DNA from: Thraustochytrium aureum
Taxonomy: Eukaryota
Length of the DNA stretch: 32,589 bases
Direction: 5' to 3'
Assembly (NCBI GenBank): GCA_012862495.1
Contig: BLSG01000423.1
Span: forward strand, 2,175 to 34,763
Shown here: piece after piece, positions 1 through 12,600 of the stretch
How the letters are laid out: every line of letters begins with the position of its first letter
Numbering within the stretch: the first letter of the stretch is position 1
Made by a program: the position numbers and the translations under genes
The notes under the pieces: generated by a model
The model's input: the letters and a program-made list of their open reading frames with translations, nothing else
What the model was told of the DNA's origin: nothing
Database searches by the model: none

Positions 1-1
1 G

Positions 2-1645
2 CGGCTCTTGGAGCTTGACGACAGCGCACAGCGGTGTACCATCCCGGTTGCTCTCTGATGCTTTCTGGAATCTCAGGAGGCAGCACAAGCCAAGCTCGAT
101 CAACTCTATGGGGTCCACATTATTCGAACTGGTCAACTCCAGCTGCTGGCCCGCAAACGCGAACTGCGCCACTGCCATGCGAAAGTGCTGCCAGAGGTAG
201 GTCACATTCGCCTTGTCCGAATCCAAGAGTTTGCGTAAGAGGCTCGATGGCGTGGAAACGTATGTCGTGAGGCGCTTGCCAGGGCTCCATTCGCCGCTGT
301 TCTCGCCCCAGCTGCTCTGTTTGCCGGCAGTCGTCGTCATCACTTTGACGAATTTACAGATGCAGGCATGAAGCCACGCAACCTCCGTGTCCAACTCTTC
401 CCACGTAGCAGCCTCGAAGAAAGGGAAATGAAGCTCCGAGTTCGCAACCTTCTGACCATCCTCAGCGCGCACGGTGATCCAAAACTCTACAAAGGTGGCG
501 GACCAGCGAGGGCGGCCTTGCAGCCAGGAGACGACGTGCTCGACAACGGCCGAGCCGTGCGGCTTCTTCTCCAACGCCGCCAGATTGATGTAACGACAGA
601 TGAACTCTCTGACCTCGTCAGGAAGCAGCGGTGGCATCTGCCAAAACTTTGTCTCGGGTATTGAACTCACTTTTCCGGCGCCACTGGCCACAGACGCCAC
701 GAGCGTATTCATGCTGAAACCCGTACCCATGTAAATCGCGCCACACAGGCCGCGATTCGCTGCAATCTGGAAGCTTTTGACCATCGCTGAAAAGAGGTTG
801 CGGTTGCCGCTTGAACTGCTCATCACCTTTTCCATCTGGGCTGACTGGAAGCAACCCTTGCAGTAGTTGTCCAGCAGCTGCGCCTCGTCCACAAAGCAAA
901 GCAGGCGAGTGGCGTTGGCATTTGCGAGCTGATCAAACGCAATGATGCAACGTTCAGCGTCGCAATTATTCCTCAAATCTTTGGAAAGCACAAAGAACAC
1001 GTCCTGCCGAAGGAATTCCACCGGGTAGAGCTGCACGAGCAACCACTGGTACGGGGTCATGGCGCCATCCGAGAGCTTCATAAGGTGCTCAAAAACCAGC
1101 AGCCGAGATAGAACGAGGGCTATCACTGCGTCGTTGACCCTGGTCTTGGCATCGGAAAACGGCACATTCGTTTTAATGGAATCGTCCAATCTCTGCACCA
1201 ACTCTCGAAAGTCTCCGGAGCTGGGGTTTGCGAGATCCTGAGATTCAAAGTCCCCCGCGACAAAATGGAAACCAAAGTTGCGAGAGAGCATCTCGAAAGC
1301 CCGACGCGTCTTGCCAATGCCAGAAACGCCGAACAAAGCCACTCCTACGCGACTGTTGGCGCCACTAATGGTGGCCATTATGCGGTGCTCCAACGAGCCT
1401 TGACGGTGTTCTGGCCACATGGCGGGGTCCTCAGCCCCGATCTCGTGCAGGCCACTCATCAGAAGGCTTGGACGTGACCCCGCTGGGATTTTCTGGATGG
1501 TGCCTCCGCCTGCAGCGAGGCTCTGCGCGGTCTGCGGCAGCGACGACCAGTCAAACGCCTCGAGCTTCACTTTGGAAACGTCGAAACCTTGGAGAGCGGA
1601 CAGATACTCGTCTGCGACCTCCTTCGGCTCCCGTTTGGCCACCGC
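2..1645 (-). CDS. Crinkler-type P-loop NTPase (CR-NTPase-like effector), partial: 5' end lost at N-gap, 3' end runs off window
   Basis: Hand translation gives an uninterrupted ~548-codon minus frame with no stop before the window edge, hence absent from the ORF track. It contains RPSLLMSGL; Walker A GVSGIGKT (1307-1330) followed by RRAFEMLSRNFGFHF; LVLSRLLVF...TPYQWLLVQLYP; Walker B LCFVDEAQ (~878-901); RNLFS; MGTGFS; and WLQGRPRWSATFVE. I recognise this motif order from Crinkler-associated NTPases of fungi/oomycetes. Confidence 0.8.
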
Positions 1646-2033
1646 NNNNNNNNNNNNNNNNNNNNTTAACCCACTAACACCATGGATCATCAAGTCACTT
1701 TGCTTTCGACCCGTCTTTTAGCGCTACTCGCGTAGAGTAACAACGCCAGCCCAATGGAGTACATCCGAGTCTGCCCCTTTCGCGAGCGCAAGTTCCTCAA
1801 ACAACAATGGCGTGCTCGCCTACGTCCGCATGGTGCAGCGCGAGGATCGCCGCCTTGATTTGGCCGCGCCCGCGCGCCATAGGTGGTCGGAGGACCGAGC
1901 ACTTTGACAACCTCAATATTTGGCGGCGGTGCCTCGACGGCCATGCTCAAGTGCGCCACGAAGGCCCAATTCAACGCCAAGCGCTAAACTATTCCACGCT
2001 CTTCCCGTTTGTTGCGCATTCCACTACGGGCCA

Positions 2034-4318
2034 TCACACGCGTTCCTGCGCGTCCACAGACAGCGCCTCCACCTTGCTAGCCTCGCTGAGCGCGCCGGAC
2101 GTGGCGGCCTGGCAGAGGACGCGCACGCGCAGCAACACCGCGCAGGCTCCCGCTAGAATCGCCACGACATCGACGAGTCCAATCAAGAGGTCGGGCACCT
2201 GCGGCAACGAGAGCGTCGGCAGATGGAGCGCTTGGTCCATCAAGCACATCGCGAATGCGCTCGAGCGCCGCGCCTCAAACTCGAGCTGGATCGCACCCAG
2301 GTACGGAGCCCCCGAATAGATGAGGAGACTGAGATTCGCGGCGCTCGAGCAGGCAAGCAAGACGGCGAACGCGCCCCACACGATGACATTCCCAGCCGAG
2401 TCGAAAAACCGAGCTTCTTGAGCTCGCGCAGCACATTTCGCAACGCGATCAACTCTCGCCGAGGTGGCGAAGCTGGTGCGCCTTGCCCGTAGCCCTCGTC
2501 ATTCTCTGAATCATCGTCAAGGAATCCAGCTGCAATCAGATTCATAGTCGGGTGATGCACGAGCCCCGCTGGTGATGATGCTGCCAAACGCTCTGGCATT
2601 GCGCGCGCTAGAGATTCGGGCATGTTCATGCGTTCATCTTCCATCTCGCCACTGCGCCTACTGCGAGAACCCCTCCTATACCGGCGAACGTTGCCAAACG
2701 ACACCTGAGCGCCTGTCATCACCTCTTCTCTTTCTTTTTCCATCCGCCTTCGCTCTTCTTTCTCCCGCCTTTCCCTTTCCTCTCTCTCCATCTTTGCGAC
2801 CTCCGCGTCGTGCGCCAGCGTCAACTCTGCGATTTGCCGGTCCGCAGCTTGTAGCGCCCTTTCCAGAGCTTGGTGCGCCGCCGCCGCAGCTCGTGATTTC
2901 TCCTCGCTCGACTCTCGCTTTTTGTCGAGGGCCTCGATCAGGCCGTCAAGCGCAGCAAGCGTGGGCCCATGATGACAAACAAACTCGCAAAGGCTCGGAA
3001 GGGAGCCGCGCTGGCGACTCAGGCGGCCCAGCTCGCCAAGCTTGTCAGCAACCTGCTGGAGGCCTTCGACGACATGGACGACCTCGGCCCGGACGGATGC
3101 CTCCTTGACGGCGCTGTCGAGCATCGCTTGCCAGAGCGTCGCGGCGCGCGAGTACAACGTGCCTACCCGCTGTGCGGCTGGGTTGGTGCCAGGGTCAAGC
3201 TTTGCCTTGACACCGTGCGCTTTGGGTTGTCCCAGGGTGTCATCACGAGTCCATGCCGATGCAGCGAGGTGTTCAAAGGCAGTCTTGCTTGCGTTCAACT
3301 CCCAGCCGTTGAACAGCTTGGCTGCCCGCCTCTGATTCGCCCGCACTGACCACCTCAGCGAGACGTACCAGGCGGGGATGAGCAAGCAATAGCGCACCGC
3401 CATACTTGGCGCTTGCGTGGCCCAGGCGAGCACAACGAGAACCGCGTGAACCGGGACCCAAATAACGTAGACAGGCCAGAGCGCCAGGGTCCAGGCCACG
3501 GAAGCTCCCCTGTAGATCCCCACGCGCGCGACGTGGCTGAAAAACGTAGCAAAGAAAAGGACAAGCACGAGCGGAAGGTGCATGAAAAGCCCGGGGAGCA
3601 CGTGGGTGAGGCCTCCAAAGAGCAGCACCAAAGCCATCGCGAAGTAGTGCTCGGCCGCCTTTGTTGTTCCCACGCGGCCTTCGCTTTTCAGGAGGGCCAG
3701 GGCGCCAGAGTGCGTTACTTGGTTGTCGAGAGCGCTGCCGCTGATTCCTTTGGAGATCTCGACGATGGCAGTCCCTGCCAGCTCCTCTGGGACGGCGTAC
3801 CTTGCGAGCGGCGCGCTCTTTCGCCATTTGGTGCGCATCCTACGGTCAAAGTAGGTCCCCATGCTCCTCTGCACGACGCTAAATGGCCACAAGAAAGCCG
3901 CGCGTGTGGCAACAAGCATGAGGTGAAAGTAGCGCTTGCACTCGAGGCGCAGCCACAGCGTGAGACACACCACGTAGATCGAGGAATTCGTAAACATGAA
4001 AACCCCCGTCGAGTAGCAGCTCCAAGCCGACGAGCACAGCGCATCGCCGTGCAGCGCGAGCGCCGCAAGTTTGGCCAGAATCACGCCCGCGGCGAACAGC
4101 AGCGCCACAGCAAACACGCCGAGCTCGCGCACCGACTTGCGCTCGCCGATGCTCCCGGCTTCGCGCTGTGACAGCGCGACAAGCAGGACCTCCACGGGCA
4201 GCGTCGTGGCCACCAAAACCCCCAGGGCTTGCTGACCACGCCGAGCTCGTCGCAGCAGTCCCCAAACAGGTCCCCCCTTCTCGCCAGCTGACGCAGCGTC
4301 GTACTCGTAGCACGCCAT
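2034..4318 (-). CDS. Hypothetical multi-pass membrane protein with central coiled coil (one apparent frameshift at ~2404-2408)
   Basis: The 713-aa ORF has several hydrophobic segments, then an E/R/K-rich coiled coil (EREERERREKEERRRMEKERE). Adding one A to the A5 run at 2404-2408 joins LKKLGF to FDSAGNVIVWGAFAVLL... and two more hydrophobic helices ending at TGA 2034. First in-frame ATG is at 4318; the true start is uncertain. Confidence 0.65.
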
Positions 4319-4836
4319 CTCCGAGTCGGTCAACCCCAACGCTTTCCCAAGCCAACTCGGCGCCTCGCAGGCTCCTGGCAACTCGAGTTCCCGGCGGCGA
4401 CTTGCGATTGGTTTCTGCCTCCTGCGCGCTCGAGTTACTCAGATGTGTGCTCTGGACTGGCGCAACGCGGCGCGCTGGCACTCTGAGAATGGACACAGGG
4501 AGGGCAGCCCAAGCCCACGACAACAGAGTCCCAGAGACAAAGAGTCCCCAAGACAGAGAGTCCCCACGACGGAGTCCTGAGGACAGCCGTGTTGCTCTGG
4601 TTGTTGCCCGCCTCCTCGACCGTCTAGCCGAATCTCCAAGCGCTTGCCTCCCTGTCTGCTTCCCAGCCTGCTCCCCAGCCTGCTCCCCAGCGGCTTGCTC
4701 TGATCAGCCGGTTTGTCGGCTTGGAGATTTCTTCGCAACCGTGTCTTGGTGTGGCGCGGTGGACTCCAGAAGCGCACTACGTTCGCCAAGACGATCGTGG
4801 GCTGCTTTGGTGCTCCATTTGCACGGTGACGCGGGA

Positions 4837-5287
4837 TCAGCGCGTCTTCCGCTTTGTTGGGGCATCGCCGCTAACGAGCTGAGCGTGTAGCAGCACCCGA
4901 CGCTGGCACAAAGCACGCTGGTTTGGCAAGAGGCCCACGCAGGCCCAAAGTGCCCCTGGACCAAGAACGCATGCCGGACCACCACCACCGCTGCGCCGAC
5001 TGGCAGGCCGACGAAAGCACCAATCGGCTGAGCTGACGATGAGAACGACGCCACTGGCTGCGAGGCGCTGACCCCCGGCCGCGAGCTGCAGATCCACTGT
5101 GACGCCCACGCCAAAGCAGATGAGCCCGATCGCGGTCTCCGCCACATCGCGCGCGTCCTCGTCCCTCGCGAGGAGCCACTGCACCACCTCCTTGATGAGG
5201 CCCTCCAACAAGGTGCTCTTCCACTTCGTACCGCGGCCCACTGCCGCCGCCACCGTCAGCATCTTGGGGTCATCTTCCGCCACCTCC
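4837..5287 (-). CDS. Hypothetical protein, C-terminal fragment (5' part in or beyond N-gap)
   Basis: Open frame with strong GC3 bias next to the gap (EVAEDDPKMLTV...LEGLIKEVVQWLL...IGLICFGVGVTVDLQL). Weak resemblance to a VWA strand-helix segment; no start identified. Confidence 0.4.
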
Positions 5288-6692
5288 NNNNNNNNNNNNN
5301 NNNNNNNNNNNNNNNNNNNNNNNNNNNNNNNNNNNNNNNNNNNNNNNNNNNNNNNNNNNNNNNNNNNNNNNNNNNNNNNNNNNNNNNNNNNNNNNNNNNN
5401 NNNNNNNNNNNNNNNNNNNNNNNNNNNNNNNNNNNNNNNNNNNNNNNNNNNNNNNNNNNNNNNNNNNNNNNNNNNNNNNNNNNNNNNNNNNNNNNNNNNN
5501 NNNNNNNNNNNNNNNNNNNNNNNNNNNNNNNNNNNNNNNNNNNNNNNNNNNNNNNNNNNNNNNNNNNNNNNNNNNNNNNNNNNNNNNNNNNNNNNNNNNN
5601 NNNNNNNNNNNNNNNNNNNNNNNNNNNNNNNNNNNNNNNNNNNNNNNNNNNNNNNNNNNNNNNNNNNNNNNNNNNNNNNNNNNNNNNNNNNNNNNNNNNN
5701 NNNNNNNGCCTCGTGTGCTGTGGCCTCGGACGCGGTGGCCTCGGACGTGGTGGCCAGCCCACTTTGTGGTGGCCTCGCTTGCGGGGGTCTGGTCGTCCGT
5801 CGTGCAGTGGCTTGCGCTGTTCGGCCCGGCGGTCGCCTCCGCGCGCGCGCTGCCACCCCCCCCCGCGCCTGGCCTCGACCGAGCTTCGTCTCCGCGATGC
5901 TCGCCGCCTGCCTTCGCCCTGCCCGCGCGCCTTGTTTGCTCGCTCGCTTGCGCTGTTGCTCGGTGCGCGCTTGCGACTCTACCGCCGTCTACCGCCCAGC
6001 GAGACTGCCGGATCGACTGACGGCAAGCGCGTCCGAGTCGGTCGGTTGGCGCTCTCGAGGAGGCGCGTGCACTGGCAGGTCCGTTCCAGCGCCGCGGCCT
6101 GCTTGCCCGTGCGGCCCATCCACGTGATCGATCGTGTTCGTGTTCATCCTCTCGATTGATCTTGTGCGAGAATCGGCAAGCACTCCACAACGGGTTGCCC
6201 GCTCGTGATCCAGCTGGGGTTGCCCGTCGCGTTCCGCTGGAAGAGCCAGACAGGCGTGCACAAAGGAGAGACGGGTGCGGGTGTGAGGAAGACGCCAAAC
6301 CAAGCGCAAGCCTGCCTCCGAACTTGGAAAGTGGGGGAATCGGAGGACGGAGGGGGAGGATTCTGATTTTCCTGCACCAACACACGCTACCGCCGGTACT
6401 GCATCGAGTAAAGTACTTCTTCACAGAGTGACAGTCTACTCACCACTCACCATACCTACCTCTCAGGCCTAGTACCGCTGGCAGTCACGGTAGGTAATTC
6501 CTCTCTGCGGCGTGCGCTGGAAACGCGATCTTCACAGGCGTCTGGCGCGTGCTGGCATTGCCTGGCAAAGCAGCGCTGGCTGATTAGCCCAGGCCGGCCA
6601 GACCCACAACGCCCCACCACCAGGCCGAGAGCAAGCGCAGACTGCAGAGCGACCAAGCGTTCCGACACACCCGACCCGACCAGCGAGCCACC

Positions 6693-9600
6693 ATGCGCAC
6701 GAAAAGCAGAGCCCCCAAAGCGCGCACGTCGCAAGACAAGGGCGCCAGCGAGCAACCTGCCGCCGAGCAAGCCGAGCCCGAGCCCTTGGCGCTGGAGGAC
6801 CCCGCGGCTGGCGTGGCCGAGCAGGAGGCCCCCGCGAAGCGCGCCAAGCGGGAGGCCGCCCCCACGCCAAGTCGGCGAGCCAAAGCGCACCAAGCGACTG
6901 ACGATGGATGGATGTATGACGTGCGCCTCGGCGAGGGCGAGCTCGTGGCCGTCCACACCGACGAGGACGCCCCCTTTCTCGTAGCGCGCCTCCTCACAGA
7001 CGTGCTCCGCGGCGACGCGGCCGACACGTTGGTCGAAGTGGAGTGGCTGGAGCCTGAGAGCGCGCGCAAGGCGCGCGAGGCCAAGGCTGCGGAGGAGGCC
7101 AGCGCCGCCCTTTCCTCCAAGTCGACCCGGCGCAAGTCCGGCGGCAAGACCAAGAGCCGCGGGAAGCGAAACGAACCGCTGGACGCGCCGGAGAGCCAGC
7201 AGAGCCCCATCGCGGCCCAGACGGCCGTGGAGGAGTTCTCCTACANNNNNNNNNNNNNNNNNNNNNNNNNNNNNNNNNNNNNNNNNNNNNNNNNNNNNNN
7301 NNNNNNNNNNNNNNNNNNNNNNNNNNNNNNNNNNNNNNNNNNNNNNNNNNNNNNNNNNNNNNNNNNNNNNNNNNNNNNNNNNNNNNNNNNNNNNNNNNNN
7401 NNNNNNNNNNNNNNNNNNNNNNNNNNNNNNNNNNNNNNNNNNNNNNNNNNNNNNNNNNNNNNNNNNNNNNNNNNNNNNNNNNNNNNNNNNNNNNNNNNNN
7501 NNNNNNNNNNNNNNNNNNNNNNNNNNNNNNNNNNNNNNNNNNNNNNNNNNNNNNNNNNNNNNNNNNNNNNNNNNNNNNNNNNNNNNNNNNNNNNNNNNNN
7601 NNNNNNNNNNNNNNNNNNNNNNNNNNNNNNNNNNNNNNNNNNNNNNNNNNNNNNNNNNNNNNNNNNNNNNNNNNNNNNNNNNNNNNNNNNNNNNNNNNNN
7701 NNNNNNNNNNNNNNNNNNNNNNNNNNNNNNNNNNNNNNNNNNNNNNNNNNNNNNNNNNNNNNNNNNNNNNNNNNNNNNNNNNNNNNNNNNNNNNNNNNNN
7801 NNNNNNNNNNNNNNNNNNNNNNNNNNNNNNNNNNNNNNNNNNNNNNNNNNNNNNNNGTCTCCGGCAGGCTCGACACCTGTTGCGGGGACACGGAGCGCGC
7901 TTCCAAGGAAGCGATCCGCGCGGTGTTGGCCAAGGACAGCGCCGCGCTGCAAGCCGCGCTTGCAGCAAAGCCCCGGCTTCGGCTGCACGTCGCTCGAGGT
8001 CCCGGCATGCGCGAGAACGCGCTCATGTACGCTGTGGCGCTGGGGGACATCGAGTCCGTCAGGGCCCTTGCGGCGGACTATGTCAAAGATGACGAGGCCT
8101 GGGCGCCGCTGCCCGACATCTCGCTCCAGGTGCTCAGCTCTGGCTCGCACACGAGCCAGTTCAGCAACTACAACCGCAGAAAGGTGAACGCATCGCGCGG
8201 GGGCCGCGAGGGCAACAACGCCTTTGCGGTTGGCTTGGAGTCAGGCAGCGGTTTCGCCGGCCTCGCGTACGCCACGGATGTCGTGAACGAAGTGGTCCAA
8301 GAATTGAACGCTTACCAGTACCTCGACGCGCCCGGCATGTGCGTGCTTGCGATGGGCATAGCGGCCCTCACCTCCGCCGAGTGCTCGCCCGAGTTCTGGG
8401 AGTCGATGCGACGCACCGTTGACTTCACCAAGGCGGACGCCGACGATGACTGCAACTCGTCGTCCCGCTGGACGGAGACCACGCACCGGCTGCTCAACGA
8501 ATTCGTGCGCTCCGGCAACCGCGCGCTCGCGCACGTGGCTCTCCGCGGCGAGCTCGACTCTGGCGTCGGCCTCAACCAAGAGCACGTCAACGCGCTAGGC
8601 GACTCGTTCGCGCCGGACGAATCCGCCAAGCTGCGCTCCAGCAGCGCCATCAAGCGCACTGGCGACGCTTGCAACGTGCGATTTTGCCCGACGCACTGCG
8701 CAGCGATAAACCCAGACCCGCGCCACCTCCGCCGCCTCTTGGAAGCCAACACGGAGGGGGCGACGACGTGCGACTCCGACTTGGCCTCCCTCTGGCACTA
8801 TGCCGCCGTCTGCGAGGGCGAGGCAGGCCCGCTCGTCATGCTGTTGCGCGAATTCGGCAGCGCCATGTCATCGCCCGGCCTTTCCGTGTCTAAAAGCCGC
8901 CAAGAAACCCCCCTGCACTGGGCAGCGCGCGCCGGGCGCGCCCTGCCGATTCGCCTCCTGCTTGGCGACGCAGCCGCCTGCGCCAAGTACGAGGTAGAGG
9001 CGCTGCCCAATGACGCCGAGCGCGCCCAGCTACTGGGGCGCCGCAACAAGGCCGGCCTCACTGCGCTGCACCTCGCCGTCGTGTCCGGCCGCGCTGGGGC
9101 GCTCTCGGCGGCCGAGGCGCTCTTGGACTGCGGCGCCGACCCCAACGCGCAGGCCACAGCCGCCTTCAACAAGGTCACCCCGGTGCACGAGGCCGCCCGC
9201 CGTGGCGCCTCGACCTCGTTGAGCTCCTTGCCGCGCGTGGGGCCAAGCTGGACTGCAAGGATAAGCTTGCGCGCACGCCCGCCGTGTTTGCGGCGATGAA
9301 CGGCCACGCGCACGTCCTTGCCCACCTGCTGCGCGCGGGAGCCGACCCCGACTCGCTCGACTCTTCAGGCAACTCGCTCGCGCACTACGCCGCTGCTTAC
9401 GGATGGCATGAATGCTTGCGCGTGCTCATGGCCGCGGGCGCCTCGCTCGACCTGAACAACTCGTGGGCGGCGTCCCCGACCGCCATCGCGGTGCAAATGG
9501 GCCGCATGTCTTGCGCCACGTTTCTCCTCGAGAGCGGCCAAATCGACATCAATTTTCGCGACAGCTCCGGGGCGACGATGCTGCTTTCCGTCATCCGGAC

Positions 9601-12600
9601 CTACCTCGACCGCCAGAAAGCCAAGCCTCATGTGCGCGCTCGGGCTTCCTCCTCCTCAACTAGTTTGGCCCCGGAGGCCGAGTCCACCGCCGACCCACTC
9701 GCGGAGCTGCCCTGGGTCGCGCGCGCCCTCATCGACCACCCGAAGGTCGATCTGGACGCCGCTGACCACAAGGGCGTCTCGCCGCTGCACGCCATCGCGG
9801 CGCAGGACCTACGCAACTCGCCAGCGCGCAAGGCTGCGCAAGCCCTCTTCGAGCACCTCGTTGCAAAGGGGGCCGACCCCTCCAAGCTTTCGGGCGAGCC
9901 AGCCAAGCCGTTGCTGCTCACTGCGCTCGCGTCAAGCAACGGCGACGTCGTGCGCTTTCTCATGAGGCGTGCCTCCGCCCAAAGCCTGCTCCAGAGTATC
10001 GCGTCGGACGGCGGCAACGTCCTGCATGCCGCCATGGGCAGCTGGCGTCGAGACCTGCGGCCGAGGTGCAAGAGCTGCTCGACCTCGTTCGTGCTGCGGG
10101 CGCAACGCCTTCGCCGAGCTGGCGGCGCAGCGAGACGACGTGGGGCTCACGCCGCTCCTTTTTGCTGCCAGCAAGCTCAGCGACGGCGAGCTCCGCCGCG
10201 ATCCCGAGCGACTAGCCAGCGCCGCCAAGCTTTTTCACGCCTTGCTGCGCGCGCTCCCCGAGCAGGCCTCCTGGGCGGTGGCCCGCGTCGCCGCCGCCCG
10301 CGACGGGGGCCGCTTGCGGAAACAGCTCGCTGAGGAGCTCGAGAAAACCGCCAAGGACGAGACCGCCCCGCCCGACCTCAGCGAGGCGACAGTCTGGGCG
10401 CCGAAGTCGGGCGGGTCCAACCTGCTCCACCTCGCCTGCGAGATCAAGGACGAGAGCGTGGCACTCGGCATCGTCGAATCCGTGCTCCAGCTCGTCCCGG
10501 ACGCCAAGCAGCGCGCAGAGCTCGTCAATGCGCGCCGCTGGCGCAACGCCGACACGCCTCTCGACATTGTTGCCAAGGCCGCTTCCGCAGCCTCGCTAGG
10601 GACCTCGGAGGAGGACCGCTGGTCCAGCGCCGTCGCGCTGATGCAGGCGCTTGTGGGAGCTGGTGCGCGGCTCGACCGCCCGCTCGCGAACTGGCGCGAC
10701 CACTGGCTCACGTATGAGGAAGGCGCCACCTTTGTGCGAGCCCAACGCGCCACCGAGGCCCCTCGTCAAACAAGCGCAGCGAGCTGCCAGCCGCGCTGCT
10801 GCGCGCNNNNNNNNNNNNNNNNNNNNNNNNNNNNNNNNNNNNNNNNNNNNNNNNNNNNNNNNNNNNNNNNNNNNNNNNNNNNNNNNNNNNNNNNNNNNNN
10901 NNNNNNNNNNNNNNNNNNNNNNNNNNNNNNNNNNNNNNNNNNNNNNNNNNNNNNNNNNNNNNNNNNNNNNNNNNNNNNNNNNNNNNNNNNNNNNNNNNNN
11001 NNNNNNNNNNNNNNNNNNNNNNNNNNNNNNNNNNNNNNNNNNNNNNNNNNNNNNNNNNNNNNNNNNNNNNNNNNNNNNNNNNNNNNNNNNNNNNNNNNNN
11101 NNNNNNNNNNNNNNNNNNNNNNNNNNNNNNNNNNNNNNNNNNNNNNNNNNNNNNNNNNNNNNNNNNNNNNNNNNNNNNNNNNNNNNNNNNNNNNNNNNNN
11201 NNNNNNNNNNNNNNNNNNNNNNNNNNNNNNNNNNNNNNNNNNNNNNNNNNNNNNNNNNNNNNNNNNNNNNNNNNNNNNNNNNNNNNNNNNNNNNNNNNNN
11301 NNNNNNNNNNNNNNNNNNNNNNNNNNNNNNNNNNNNNNNNNNNNNNNNNNNNNNNNNNNNNNNNNNNNNNNNNNNNNNNNNNNNNNNNNNNNNNNNNNNN
11401 NNNNNNNNNNNNNNNNNNNNNNNNNNNNNNNNNNNNNNNNNNNNNNNNNNNNNNNNNNNNNNNNNNNNNNNNNNNNNNNNNNNNNNNNNNNNNNNNNNNN
11501 NNNNNNNNNNNNNNNNNNNNNNNNNNNNNNNNNNNNNNNNNNNNNNNNNNNNNNNNNNNNNNNNNNNNNNNNNNNNNNNNNNNNNNNNNNNNNNNNNNNN
11601 NNNNNNNNNNNNNNNNNNNNNNNNNNNNNNNNNNNNNNNNNNNNNNNNNNNNNNNNNNNNNNNNNNNNNNNNNNNNNNNNNNNNNNNNNNNNNNNNNNNN
11701 NNNNNNNNNNNNNNNNNNNNNNNNNNNNNNNNNNNNNNNNNNNNNNNNNNNNNNNNNNNNNNNACCGCTGCACGCCGCAGCGCGCACGGGAGACCACAAG
11801 CTGGTCGTATTTCTCCTTGAGCGCGGCGCGGACCCTGCCATTGCCAACCACGACGGCGCCCTGGCGCTCCACCTCGCAGCCGCGCAAGTCAGCGCAACGA
11901 GCATCATCGAGCACTTGCTCTCGCTCGAGGGCGCCGCGCAGCACGTCCGCGTGGCGGACAAGAACGGCAGAACGCCGCTCCACCTGGCCGTGATCGCAAA
12001 AGCGGCCCACAAAAAGGACGTTTTGGTCGAGCACGACCTCCTCCTCCTCGCCGCCGGCGCGGACGTCAACGCGCTGGACAACAAAGGCCGTCTCGCGCTC
12101 CACTACGTCTTTGGGCTCGAGGCCCTCCAGCGGCCGTGGGCGTTCCCGGCCTGCGGTGAGACCGTCCTCTACGATCCCATCGAGGATGTCTCCAAGCTGT
12201 GCGGCCACCCCGGCGCGCTGGTGGACCACCCCGACGAGGACGGCCGCACCCCGCTCATGATGGCCGCCCTCGCGCGCGCCACGGTCTCGGCGCTCCACAT
12301 CCTCCAACGCGGGGCCCAGATGAACGCGACCGACTGCGACGGCAACAACGCTCTCGCAGTTGCCATTCTCAGCAAGCACGCCGACTTGGCCATCCTCCTC
12401 GTGCGCCTCGGCGCAGACGCGCAGACCCGGGTGCACAGCGTGACCCGCCAGCGCGCCGTCGCGGAGGACCCCGAGAGCCCGGTCTGCGTGTCCGCGCGCT
12501 CGGCAGAGTCGGCGGTGTGGCATGCTGTTCGCAATGGCTGGAGTGGCGTGGCGTACTTTCTTCTGGACCAAGGCTTTGACGCAAGCCGGGCCATCAAGGA

